A stretch of 64,000 nucleotides of DNA from Hemiscyllium ocellatum (lineage: Eukaryota): assembly GCF_020745735.1 (NCBI RefSeq), contig NC_083409.1:9413534-9477533 (forward strand). The letters run 5' to 3'. Of the stretch, positions 36,770 through 49,029 are shown one piece after another (the stretch's first letter is position 1; each line of letters opens with the position of its first letter). The notes beneath the pieces are model-generated. The model did not search any database, was not told where the DNA came from, and was given only the letters and a program-made list of their open reading frames with translations. The position numbers and the translations under genes were made by a program.

Positions 36770-39190
36770 CTCAATCACACAATCACAGAATTGTTACAGT
36801 GCACAAGGTGGCCATTCCACGCATCCTGTCTGGACCGTCTCTCTGAATGAGCAATTGACTGAGTGTCATTCTCCTGCCTTCTCCCTGTCACTCTGCACAT
36901 TGTTCCTTTTCAAATAACAGCCTCATCCCTTCGGAATGTTTTAATTGAAGCTGCCTCCACCACACACTCAGGCAGTGCATTCCACACCTTAACACTCACT
37001 GGCTGAAAATGTTGCTCCCCATCTCACTTTTGTTACTTTTCCCAATTACTTTCAATCTGTGGTCTCTTGGTCTGAATCCTTTCTTAATTGGGAACATTTT
37101 CTCCCTATTTACTCTGTCCAGGCCCTTCCTGATTTTGAATTCCTTGAACAAATCTCCTCTCAGCCTTCTCCAAAGAAGACAGTCCCAAATTCTCCAATCA
37201 AACTTCATAACTGATGTTCCTCATCCCTGGAATGATCTTTGGGAACAATTTTTGCCATCGCTACAAAACATTCACCTCCTTCCAGAATTCTTCACATTAT
37301 CTATGTCCCTCATGATTTTCCAAACCTCTACAAGGTCACTCCTCAGAACCTTCCGCTTCAGGGTAAGAAGTCTCAGCTTTTCCAGCCGCTCATAGTCATG
37401 GAGTCATACAGTGTGGAAACAGACCTTTCAGTCCAACTTGTCCATGCTAACCAAATATCCTAAACTGACCTCACCTCATTTGCCAGCATTTGGCTTACAT
37501 CTCTCGAAACCCAACCTGTTCATGTACCCATCCCAATGTGTTTTAAATGCTGTAACTGTATCTGCCTCCAACGTTTTCTCTGGCAGCTCAATCCAGACAC
37601 GCACCACCCTCTGTGTGACAAGTTACCCTTCAGGTCCCTTTTGAATCTTTTGCCTCTCACCGTAAAATTATGTCCTCTTGTTTTGGAATCCCTTTCCCAC
37701 GGAAAAGACCTTGGATATACACCCAGTCCATGACCATCATGGTTTTATAAACATCTATAACGTCACCCCGAGGCCTTAGATGCTGCAGGGAATATAGCCC
37801 CAGTTTCTTCAGCCTTTCCCTGTCGCTCGAACCCTCCAAATCCTGGCCACATCCTTGTAAATCTTTTCTGCAGCTTTTTAAGTTTAACAACATCCTTACT
37901 ATCTCAGGATAACAGGATTGTTCACATCATTCCCAAAGTAGCCTCACCAATCTCCTGTACTGCTGCAACTTGATGTTCCAACTCCTGGACTCAATGCAGT
38001 GATGAACAAAAGCAAGCAAACCAAACACCTTCTTCATCACCCTGTCTACCTGTGACCCCACTTTCAAGGAATAATGTACCTGCATCTTCACCCCTAGGTC
38101 TGTTATTCAGCAACACTCCACAGGGCCCTCCCATTAACTGTATAACTCCTGCCCTGGTTTGCCTTTCCAAAATGCAACATCTCACATTTATCTAAACTGA
38201 ACTCCATTTGCCACTCTTCTGCCCATTGCCCCATCTGAGCAAGGTCCCGCTGTACCCTGAGATAATCTTCTTCACTATCCACTGTCCCACCAATTTTGGT
38301 GTCATTTACAAACTTACCATAACTCCTATATTCCCATCCAAATCATTTCTTTAAATGATGAAAAGCATTTGTGGACTCAGCACCAATCTTTGCGGCACAC
38401 AGCTGTTCACAGATCTCCACTCTGAAAAGCAACCTTTTACCACCACTCTCTGTCTCCAATCTTCAAGCCAATTTTTTGACTCCAATGGCTCGCTCCCCCT
38501 GGATCCCATGTGGTCTAGCCTTACTAACCAGTCTATCATGTGGAACCTTGTCAAACACTTTACTCTGAAGCCCATATTGACAATGTCTACTGTTCTGTCT
38601 TCATCAATCCTTTTTGTCAACTCCTGAATCAAATTCAGGAGACGTGATTTCCTATGCACAAAGCCACACTGATTATCCAAACGATGTAAATCCTGTCCCA
38701 CAGAATCCACTCCAACATCTTACCCAGCACTGACATCAGGCTCACTGGTCTATCGTTCCCTTGCTTTTCCTTACAGCCTTTCTGAAATAAGGGCATAATC
38801 TTAGCCAATCTCTCTGTTTTTCCAGCACCTTATCCATGGTTGCCGATGATACATATATCTCAGCAAGGGTCCCAAAAGTCTCTTCCCCAGTTGCCACAAT
38901 GTTCTGGGATACACCTGATCAGGTCCTAGGGTTTATCTGTGTTTTAAGATCTTTAGTGTCTCCTCATTTATACGTGTTCTCTTTTCAAGACATCACTGTT
39001 TTTCTAAATTCCTTACCTTCCCCACAATATATACTGACCTAAAATATTTGTTCAGGATCTCACCCATCTCTTGTGTCTTACCAAAATACAGCACTCACAT
39101 TTATCTGAATTAAATTCCATCTGCCATTCCTCAGCCCACTGGCCCAGTTGGTCAAGATTCCATTGTATTCTTAGACAGCCTTCTTCACTG
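36770..39190 (-). mobile_element. Stacked antisense CR1 fragments in the J-C intron
   Basis: RLRGDLFKEFKI, GFVHRKS, WQMEFNSDKC motifs on the minus strand. Confidence 0.82.
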
Positions 39191-39195
39191 CCAAT

Positions 39196-39835
39196 GATTA
39201 GATTAGATTCTCCACAGTGTGGAAACAGGCCCTTCAGCCCAACAAGTCCACACCGATCCTCCGAAGAGTAACCCACCCAGACCCATTTCCCTCTCAGTAA
39301 TGCATCAAACACTATGTTTGATGCATTACTGAGAGGGAAATCTCAGTCGATTCCCTTGAACTCAGCACCGCCCTCCTAACCTGCAATCTTCTTCCTGACC
39401 TCTCTGCCCCCACCCCACTCCGGCCTATCACCCACACCTTGACCTCCTTCCACCTATCACATCTCCATCTCCCCTCCCCCTAGTCCCTCCTCCCTACCTT
39501 TTATCTTAGCCTGCCTGGCACCCTCTCCTCATTCCTGATGAAGGGCTCTGGCCCGAAACTTCGAATTTCCTGTTCCTTGGATGCTGCCTGACCTGCTGTG
39601 CTTTAACCAGCAACACATTTTCAGCATCAAACACTATGGGCAATTTAGCATGGGCAATTCACCTGACCTGCACATCTGTGGATTGTGGAAGGAAACCAGA
39701 GCACCCGGAGGAGAAACACGCAGACACAGGGAGAATGCGCAAACTCCACACAGACAGTCACCCAAGGTTGGAATCGAACCTGGGGCCCTGGTACTATAAA
39801 GCTGCAGTGCTAACCACTGAGCCACCCTGCTGACC
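39196..39835 (-). mobile_element. V-SINE copy interrupted by a Penelope fragment
   Basis: Tail and 3' part at 39196-39316, head (A/B boxes) at 39624-39835. Confidence 0.82.
39342..39623 (+). mobile_element. Penelope-like 3' fragment inserted into a V-SINE, 15-bp TSD
   Basis: TSD GCATCAAACACTATG at 39302-39316 and 39624-39638; CTGATGA 39535-39541 and GAAAC 39555-39559. Confidence 0.85.
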
Positions 39836-40079
39836 CCAACCCCTTAGCCACCACTAAGCCACCAATGCCACCTGAAAATTCACCAAAACACACTCTTGCC
39901 ACTCTGGTCACTATATTCAGAAATTAAAGACCCCCCCTCCCCCATTTATAACGGCTCTATCATATTTGCAGGTCTCTGTAAATTCCTTGCATTTGTATTC
40001 CTCCACATCCTTCCCACTGTGTGGTGACTTATTGACTGCTCTGAGGATTCTGTGATCCTTGGTGTTCCTCTCTGATATT

Positions 40080-40790
40080 CGCCCCTGGCTCCCACAGCCC
40101 TGCCAAGTTAGTTTAAACTCTCTCTAACAGTAGTAAACCACCTCACAAAAATCTAAAGCCCTCCCTCATGGATCCTCTTTCCAGCCCAGCAATCACCTGT
40201 GTTCACCTCCTGATTCTATTCTCACTTGTGTGGGGTGCTGCAAATGTGTTGCTGGAAAAGCGCAGCAGGTCAGGCAGCATCCAAGGAGCAGGAGAGTCGA
40301 CGTTTCGGGCCTGATTCCTTCTTCACTTGCGTGGGGCACTGGGAATAATCTGGAGATTCCTACTTTTGAGTTCCTGCTACTAATTAGCAGTAGGAACTCA
40401 AAAGTAGGAAGCTCCAGATTACTTAAAAGTAGGAAGCTCCAAAACTTCTGACTGGAGGACCACATCTCTTTTCTCCCTCTGTCACTGGGACCAATGAGGA
40501 CCACAACTGCTGCCTGTTCCCCCTCTCCCCTCAGGGTTCTCTGCAGCCGCTCAGTGATATCCTTAACCCTGGCACTAGGGAGACAACACAACATCCTGAA
40601 TTCCCATCTGCAGCTGCAGAAACATCTATCGACTGCCCTCACTCTCCAATCTCCTCTCACTATCACTCTTCCAGTCTTCCTTGTGCCCCCCTGTACAGCT
40701 GCCCCCCCGCCCCCCCCCCCCCCCCCCCCCCCCCCCCGTGGTGCCAGGGACTTCGTCCTGGCTACACTCCCCAGATGAACCATCATTCTC
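40080..40790 (-). mobile_element. CR1 ORF1 esterase fragment with an embedded Penelope end
   Basis: FRMLCCLPSARVKDITERLQRTL...VVVLIG; internal GCCCGAAACGTCGACTCTCC...GGATGCTGCC on the minus strand near 40230-40320. Confidence 0.72.
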
Positions 40791-41229
40791 ATCAGGATTC
40801 TGAACTGAATCCTGGTTGGAGAGTGGGATACACTCAGGGGATTCCTGTACTAGCTGCCTGGCCCTTTTGGACTGTCTGCTGCTCCCCCATTCCCTCTCTC
40901 CCTGCATACTCTGAAGTGGCGGAGTGACCACATCTAGAAACGTTTCTCCACGGAGCTCTCAGCCTCACGGACGCTCCACACTGACACCAGCTGCTGGTCC
41001 ACCTCCAAACCCCGGAGCTCCAACTGCTGTCACTGACCACACTTCCTGTACTCATGGAATTCCAGGAGCTGGGAAACATTCTGAAGTTCTCACATGGATG
41101 CACACTCTCTCCACTCTTGGATTATCTCTTTGCAAAGTTGTGATGACAAACAGCTACATCAGGGCTCAGAGTCCAGTGTTCAGTGGGTTCAGTGTTCCAG
41201 GGTTTTGGAGAAACTCTCCAGAAAACTTT

Positions 41230-43200
41230 GAGAAATAGGAGCAGAAATCAGCCATTCAGCCCATGGAATCTGCTCTGCCATTTGACCTTGGCAGATATGC
41301 TTCTCACCCCATTCTCCTGCCTGCTCCACAGGAACTTTCCATCCCCTTAACAATCATGAACCTATCTACCTCTATCTTAAATACACTCAGTGACTTGGCC
41401 TCCCTGCCCTCTGTAACAATGAGTTCCATAGATCCACCACCCTCTGGCTGAAGAAATCCCTCCTCATCTCAGCTCGGAAGGGTCGGCCCTTCATTCTGAG
41501 GCTGTGCTGCGGTTACCTCGTCTCTCCTGTATTTGGAAACATCTTCTCCCCATCCACTCTATCCAGGTCTATCTGTATTCTGCAAATTTCAATAAGATCC
41601 CTACTCATCCTTCTAAACTCCATTGAGTACAGACACAGAGTCCTTAACCGTGCCTCATATGACAAGCCCTCCATCCCCAGGATCATTCTTGTAAACCCCT
41701 CCAGTGCCAGCACATCGTTTCAAAGAATATGGATCCTAAATCTGCTCACAATATTCCAAATTCAGACTGACCAGAGCCTTACACAGCCTCAGCAGTACAT
41801 CTCTGCTCTTGTATTCTGGCCCTATTGAAATGAGTGCTAACATTTCATTAGCCTTCCCAAGCACAAACTGGACCTGCCTGTTAACCTGAAGAGAAACCTG
41901 AATGAGGTTTGTGCTTTAGATTTCCAAAGGCTTTCCTCATTTAGAAAATACCTCCACACCCTGACTCCATTGATTCCTGAAATATCATCAAAAATGTCTC
42001 CACAATCTCCTCGGTGATCTCCTTCAGAACACATTGGTGTAATTCATCTAGTCTGGGTGAGTTATCCACACTCAGACATTTCAGCTTCCCCAGTACCTCC
42101 TCCTTAGTAATGGCCACTGCTCTCACCTCTGTCCCCTGACAGTCTTGAAGTTCTGGGACACTGCTGGTGTTTTCCATTGTGCAGACTGATGTAATGTATG
42201 TATTCAATTCCTCTGCTTTTTCTTCATTTCCTATTATTCTTTTTCCAATGTCTATTTCTGTTTCCCTCTTCCTTTTTATATATCTGATGAAATTCTTGCA
42301 ATATTCTTTTATATTACTGGCTCGCTTTCCCCCACATTTCACCTTCTGTACCCTGAATGTTTTTTTTGTTATCCTCTACAGGTTTTTAAAGACTTCCTAA
42401 TCCTCTGGCCTCCCACTATTTTCCACCACATTGTGTGCTTTTTCTTTTGCTTTTATGCTGTCCTTGACCTCCCTCATCAGCCATGGTTACATTGTCCTCC
42501 CCTTAGTGTGTTTCTTCTTTTTTGGGATAAATTCCTACTCTGCTTCCTGAATTACCCCCAGAAACCCTGCTGTTTGCTGCCACACCATCTTACCTGCTCA
42601 GCTCCCCTTCCAATCAACTCTGACCAGCTCCTTCCTCACGTCTTTGTCGTTCCCTTTACTCAATTGAAATACTGTTCCATCTGATTGCAGCATCTGCCTC
42701 TCAAACTGCAGGGGGAATTCTATCGTATTATGGTCACTTATCCAGAGGGACACTTTCATCTTCAGCTCACTGACCAAGTTTGCCTCATTACACATCACTG
42801 AATCCAGAACTGCCTGTTCCAAACCGCAAGCTGTTTCAAAAACCATCTCATAGACATTCCATGAAATCTTTTTGTTGAGACGTGCTATCCAGGCCACTTA
42901 TCCATTGAAGTCTGCCCTGACCTTTTTTTTATGACTTTTCTGTCTCCTGATTGATTTCCTTCCCCACACGCTGTTTACTGCTTGGAGACCTGAACTTGCA
43001 TCAGATTCTTTATTTCTTGGGTTCCTCAACACTCCCCACACAGATTCTACACCTTCTGACTGTACAACAAGCTTATTGTGTATATCTTGTGCATTTAAGT
43101 AGAACACCCTCAGTCCTACATTGACTGCCCTCCTTCTCATCATTGTCCTCTTATCTGCTGTGCTTGACATTTGATTCCTGATTCCTTCCATGCTCTCAGT
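41230..43200 (-). mobile_element. CR1 with endonuclease and RT remnants, antisense in the J-C intron
   Basis: SDHNTIEF, KAEELNTYITSVCT, LEGFTRMILGMEGLSYE. Confidence 0.8.
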
Positions 43201-43789
43201 CCTATTACATCTTCTAGAATCTTAGCTAACCTCTCCTAAGCCCTCCTCCACTTTAACTAGTTTAAATTTCTTGGAAACTCAATTTACCTCGATTTGGAGC
43301 ATCACTTTGTCTCCCTGACTCGGAATGCTTCGTGAACTTAGACACAAAATCTTTAAGTTTGATCTATTATTGATTTTCCCTGCACATTTATGGTTCATTT
43401 GATGTTCAAAAATTCCATCCCTTCCTTTTATTTACTTGTAACAATCAATCCCATCACTAACCAGCAATCCTACCTTCTCCTTTATCTTCTATTTTCTCAG
43501 TTTCCATTCAACTGAACCAAATTACTTTCTCTTTGGGTTGAGTTCAGGCCTATATTTATCATTGAGCCAACATCATTATTGCTCTTTGATGTCATTGCTT
43601 CCAGTGGGATCTTGCTGTGCAGAAATTGGCTGCCCCTTTCCTGAAATTGCAACAGTGACTGGTTTTCAAGCAAAGTGTAACTGTCTTTGGGAGAGCCTGA
43701 GGTGCTGAGGGCTTGATTGAAACACAATTAGTGTCAGGGAGATGCACAGCATGGAAACAGACTCTTCGATCTGACTCATCCATGTCAAC

Positions 43790-44490
43790 CACAGTGACAT
43801 AGAGTCATAGTGTCAGAGAGATGTACAGCACAGAAATAGATCCTTCTGTGTAACTCGTCTATGCCGACCAGTTAACCTAAATTAATCTAGTCCCATTTGT
43901 CAGTATTTGGCCCATATCCTTCCAAACCCTTCCTATTCATATACTCACCCAAATGCCTTTTAAATGTTATCATACCAGCCTCCACCACTTCCTCTGGCAG
44001 CTCATTCCAAAAATGTACCACTCTCTGCAGTAAAACATTAAGCCTTAGTTCCCGTTTAAATCATTCCCCTGATACTTTCCACCTATGCCCCCTAGTTCTG
44101 GACTCCTTCACTCTGACCAAAATATCTTCTCTATTCACTTGATCAATGTCCCTCATTATGTTAGAAACCTCGATATGGTCACCCCTCAGCCTCCAGCCAT
44201 CCAGGGAAAATAGCCTCAGCCTATTCAGCCTCTCCCGATCGCTCCAACCCTCCTACTTGGCACATCCTTGGAAATATTTTCTGAATCATTTCAAGGTTCC
44301 CAACATTTTTCCTACAGCAGGGAGGCCAGAATTCCACACAGTATTCCAAAAGGGGCCAAACTAATGTCCTGTACAGGTGCATCAGCTCCTAACTCCAAAA
44401 CTCAATGCGTTGCCCAATAAAGGAAATCATGCTAAATGACTTTGTCACCCGCTTACCTACCTGCAACTCCACTTTCAAGGAACTAATCTT
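43790..44490 (-). mobile_element. CR1 3' fragment
   Basis: Similar to the other CR1 3' ends; tandem TAGAGTCA tail near 43800. Confidence 0.8.
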
Positions 44491-44569
44491 TTTTGGGTTG
44501 AACTGAGAGTCTTTTGGTTGTGCTATTTTAATCACCCTTCTTGCTTTCACTCGCAACTAAAAATAAGAT

Positions 44570-44880
44570 AAAGGAGGTGATGATTTAATGGTACTATTGC
44601 TGAGCTGTTCATCCAGAGATCCAGATTAATGTTCTGGGGGCCAGAGTTAGAATCCTGCTGCAGCAGATGGTGGAATGTGAATTCCATAAAACAATCTACA
44701 ATTAAGTGTCGAATGATGACCATGAAACAATTATTGATTGTCAGGAAAAAGCCATCTGATTCCCTGATGTCCTTGAGGGAAGGAAGCTGCCATCCTTACC
44801 ATGTGACTCCAGACCCACAGCAATGTGGTTGACTCTAAACTGCCCTCTGGGTGATGAGGGATGGGCAATAAATGCTGATC
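44570..44880 (+). mobile_element. DeuSINE-like (SacSINE1/AmnSINE-related) element in the J-C intron
   Basis: AGGGAAGGAAGCTGCCATCCTTACC...ATGTGACTCCAGACCCACAGCAATGTGGTTGACTCT.AACTGCCCTCTG block typical of this shark SINE group. Confidence 0.6.
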
Positions 44881-45050
44881 CTAGCAGTGACACTCACATC
44901 CAAGAAGCAATTTGAACAATGCCTGTTTATTTCTGGGCTTTGTTAGGTATTGGCTACAAATGTTCAAATGGATTGTTTTGCCAGTGAATGTTCAGAGAGT
45001 TAAAATCAGTTTGAATAAAAGGGATTAAAATTGTTTCTCTTGTCTTTCAG

Positions 45051-45379
45051 GCCGTGAGAACTCTCAGCCCAAGCTGACCCTGCTGCCCCCCTCCCTGGAG
45101 CAGGTCAATGCCAAGGGCACTGCCACCCTGGTGTGTCTTGCCAATCACTTCTATCCCGATGAGCTGGAGGTGCAGTGGAAGAAGGATGGTGCAGTCATTT
45201 CGGACGGGGTTCAGACCAGCAACTACCTGCGAGCTTTGGACAGCACCTACAGTGTCAGCAGCCTGCTGACCCTCTCTGGGTCTGACTGGGAGTCCGACGC
45301 TCGCTTCTCCTGTGCCCTCACCCACGTGACCCTCCCCTCTCCCCTCAGCAAGAGCATCAGGAGATCAGAATGCATGTAG
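45051..45379 (+). CDS. IGKC: Ig kappa-type light-chain constant exon, open frame
   Basis: Acceptor ttgtttctcttgtctttcAG at 45050, phase 1. Translates (S)RENSQPKLTLLPPSLEQVNAKGTATLVCLANHFYPDELEVQWKKDGAVISDGVQTSNYLRALDSTYSVSSLLTLSGSDWESDARFSCALTHVTLPSPLSKSIRRSECM*. Both domain Cys (45134, 45311), Trp and the penultimate interchain Cys (45371) are present. Confidence 0.97.
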
Positions 45380-45905
45380 TGTGTTCAAGACAGTCCACAG
45401 AGGAGACACAACTTTAAATAGAACAGGGCTGAGCTGGCAGGACAAAGGTCATTGTCAGAACTGAATTTCAACTCTCTTCCTTCTCAGGACCAGCTCAGAG
45501 ACATTTCTGAGGTTCAGGGGTTAAGGCAGGTCATTGGGACAGAGTAGATAGAGATTTACGCTGTGTCAAACCCCATGCTGTCCCTGTTCTGGGAGTGTTT
45601 GGCGGGGGCAGAGTTGACTTGTGATGCCAAGTAAAATCTCTTGAAGTTGCTAAAGACTGTCAGCTGTACAAAACAATGTGAACCTCAGAAGTCTCTGTTT
45701 CAGTAAACCAGATCTCCTTCCTGCTCAGCCGCCAGTTCCAATTTAAGGTTTTGTCACTGTTTAAAGGGACAGGATTCTCGTGCTATTGAGAAAATCTCCA
45801 CAAGTGTTTTCCTCAAGCTCCAATGTGGCTGTGAATTTGTGCAGCTTCCTCTGTCTGGGCTGTTAATTGCAGTCTGTTTTCTGTCAATGTCAATCTGGAA
45901 AAGGG

Positions 45906-45911
45906 AATAAA
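45906..45911 (+). terminator. Polyadenylation signal of C-kappa
   Basis: AATAAA 526 nt after the stop, followed by a TG/CT-rich downstream element; conserved in the inverted paralogous copy (4263-4268). Confidence 0.7.
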
Positions 45912-46129
45912 GATGAAGAAGATTCAGTCTCTGTCTCTGTGCGCTTTAGAAATTGACCACTCCATTCAGCTGATTGGCTGCATTTCAGCATGGCATTGTC
46001 ACAATTGGCTCATTGGCCTGTCAATCAATGACACATCCGTTGTAGAGGATACTGACAGCCAATCATCAATCACTTTCAAATGATCCCTTTGATCTGGAAT
46101 CACTTGAGGTTACAAGATTCCAAACAGAT

Positions 46130-47480
46130 TTCCATTAATGACCACCTGGACCATCTCTGACACCTCCCTCCCCTTCCTGGACCACTCCATCTTCATTAAT
46201 GATGACCGACTTGACACTGACATTTTATACAAATCTACTGACACCAAGGATTACACCTCATCCCAACCTACCTCTTGCAAAAATGTCATCCCATATTCCC
46301 AATTCCTCCGCCTCCACCATATCTGCTCCTAGGAGGACCTGTTCCACCAAAGAACACACCAGATGGCCTCCTTATTTAGAGACTGCAATTTCTCTTCCCA
46401 CGGGTTCAAAGATGCGCTCCAACGCAGTTTGTCCACATCCCACCCCTCCAACTGTAACAAGGACAGAATCCCCCTGGTGCTCACCTTCCACCCTACCAAC
46501 CTTCGCATAAACCACATCATCCGATGACATTTCCGCCACCTCCAAACGGACTCCACCACCAGGGATATATTTCCTCCCCACCCATTCCTGCTTTCCGCAA
46601 AGACCGTTCCATCCGTGACTACCTGGTCAGGTCCACGTCCCCCAACAACCCACCCTCCCTTCCTGGCACCCTCCCCTGCCACCGCAGGAATTGCAAAACC
46701 TGCGACCACACCTCCTCCCTCATCTCCATCTAAGGCCCCAAAAGAGCCTTCCACATCCATCAAATTTTTATCTGCACATCCACCAATATCATTTATTGTA
46801 TCCGTTGCACCCGATGCAGTCTCCTCTATATTGGGGAGACTGGACGCCTCCTTGAATAGTACTTTAGGGAACATCTCAGGGACAAGCACACCAATCAACC
46901 CCACTGCCCTGTGGCCCAACATTTCAACTCCCCCTCCCACCTTGTCGAGGACATGCAAGTCCTAGGCCTCCTCCACCACTGCTCTCTCACCACCTGACGC
47001 CTGGAGGAAGAACGCCTCATCTTCCACCTCCAAACACTTCAATCCCATGGCATCAATGTGGATTTCACCAGCTTCCTCATTTCACCTTCCCACACCTCAC
47101 CCCAGCTCCAACGTTCCAGCCTCAGCACCATCCTCATGACCTGTCCTACCTGCTTATCTACCTTTCCACCTGTCCACTCCACCCTCCTCTCTGACCTATC
47201 ATCTCCATCCCCACCTGAATTCACCTATTGTACTCTTTGCTACCTTCCCCCACCCTCCTCTCTGACCTATCACCTCGGTCCCCACCCCATTCACCTATTA
47301 TACTCTATGCTACTTTCTCCCCAACCCCCTCATATTTATCTCTCCACTCTGCACCACCCTACTTCTATTCCTGATGAAGGGATTTTGCCCGAAACATTGA
47401 TTTTCCTTCTCCATGGATGCTGCCTGACCTGCTGTGCTTTTCCAGCACCACTCTGATCTAGCCTCTGGTTTCCAGCATCT
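46130..47480 (+). mobile_element. Penelope-like element, 5'-truncated (RT end, GIY-YIG endonuclease, 3' end)
   Basis: IPYSQFLRLHHICS, PLVLTFHPTNL, CKTCDHT, IYCIRCTRCSLLYIGET in broken frames; CT-rich 3' region; CTGATGA...GAAAC at 47371-47395. Confidence 0.88.
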
Positions 47481-49029
47481 GCGGTCCTTGTTTTTACCGA
47501 GAAACAGAAAGCTGTTAGGACTCAATAATTACAATCTTCGACATTCCCTCTTCACTCTGTGGTCCACGCTCAGGTGCTGGGATTGCACTCTGCACTCTTT
47601 GCTGCATGCTGAGTTGTACCTGAAGTGATCTTAGGCCAACCACTAACACTGCAGGCTGTGTGTCCCTCTAAGTGCGAGTATACTACATAATGATGCCTGT
47701 AGGTGCCACTCTGAGTATGTGTGTGATATTCAAACGAGTCAATCTAGAAGGAAATGAACAGCAGAGTTTGTTTTCTCTGTTGAATAAATTCACCTTGTTT
47801 GCTCCTCTGGGCAACTGAATAAGGGGCGAGGCTTGTGTCTTATAATAAACCTATTTGATTATAACCTGGTGTCGTATGATTTTTGACCTTGTCCTCTGAT
47901 CACTTTCAGGTTATTCCCACGAGCACTGCATGTTCTTGCTTCTCCAGGCCAAGAGGCGGCGATCTTGACAATGGATTTGACAATGGTCTCCATCAGAGAG
48001 GACCCACAAATCAGGGACAGCGATCAGAGATTACAGGACCCGCTCTTGCTCCTCAGTCCCAGACCCGAGCACAACGGGCCCCCTGGGGTCCCGTTGTTGT
48101 GTCCCGGGCCCTGTACATAATACAAATGGGGCAACTGATCCTTCTGATTTTTCCCAACCTCACCAGGTCTCCACAGTCACTGAGATTATTTAAAGGCAGC
48201 CTTTGCCAATGAAGGACCCTGACTGATGGGAAACAGACTGAAATGGGTCAATAATACAGTATTAGGGAGTTACAGATGCAGATTGCAAAATAGAAATCTG
48301 ATGCTGTGGCTCTAACAGAAATCGGGCGGGACTGGGAATTCCTGGATACAAGGTGTTCAGTAAAGATAGGAAAGAAGGAAAACTACGGGAAGTGGTGGGA
48401 TTGTTCTGGAACCAGACAGGACTGACCAACCTTAGGCCCTGAGATATGATGGAGATGAAGGGTGAACTCTACTGGGCTTTAACTCACTGATACCAGAGTA
48501 AAACAGGGATTACCCATTTCACAAGAGAGTAAGTGGAACTAACAAACCAGGTGCATGTGAAACACCCACCCCATCCCTGAGAGAGGGGAACAGGAACAGG
48601 GACATTCTCAGACAGAAAGGTTGTTAAAAACGGTATCACCTCGAGAGTGAAGGGTGGGGTGGAGACAGTGACAGCGATTCCCCCCAGAGAGTGGGGAAAG
48701 TAACACTGACACATTTAAGACTGTATTATCACAAGAGAGAATTCAAACAGCCACCCACTCTGTCACACGGTGTTGAAGATGCACTGTCCTCATCATAACA
48801 CGTTTGAAAACTTCTTCATAACATGTAACGGGAGAGAAACATTGAAAACTGTATTATCACGAGTGAGGATCCATTTAATTCTTGGACCATGATGTTAAAT
48901 GATCCCAGCTGTAAACAACACTGGTGTATTTACATCATTACCTTATTAAACAATATTAAAACCTTGGTCAAACATTTTCCTGCAGACAGTGTATTTAAAA
49001 TATCAAGAGACTTCCCACTTTGTTGGTTT

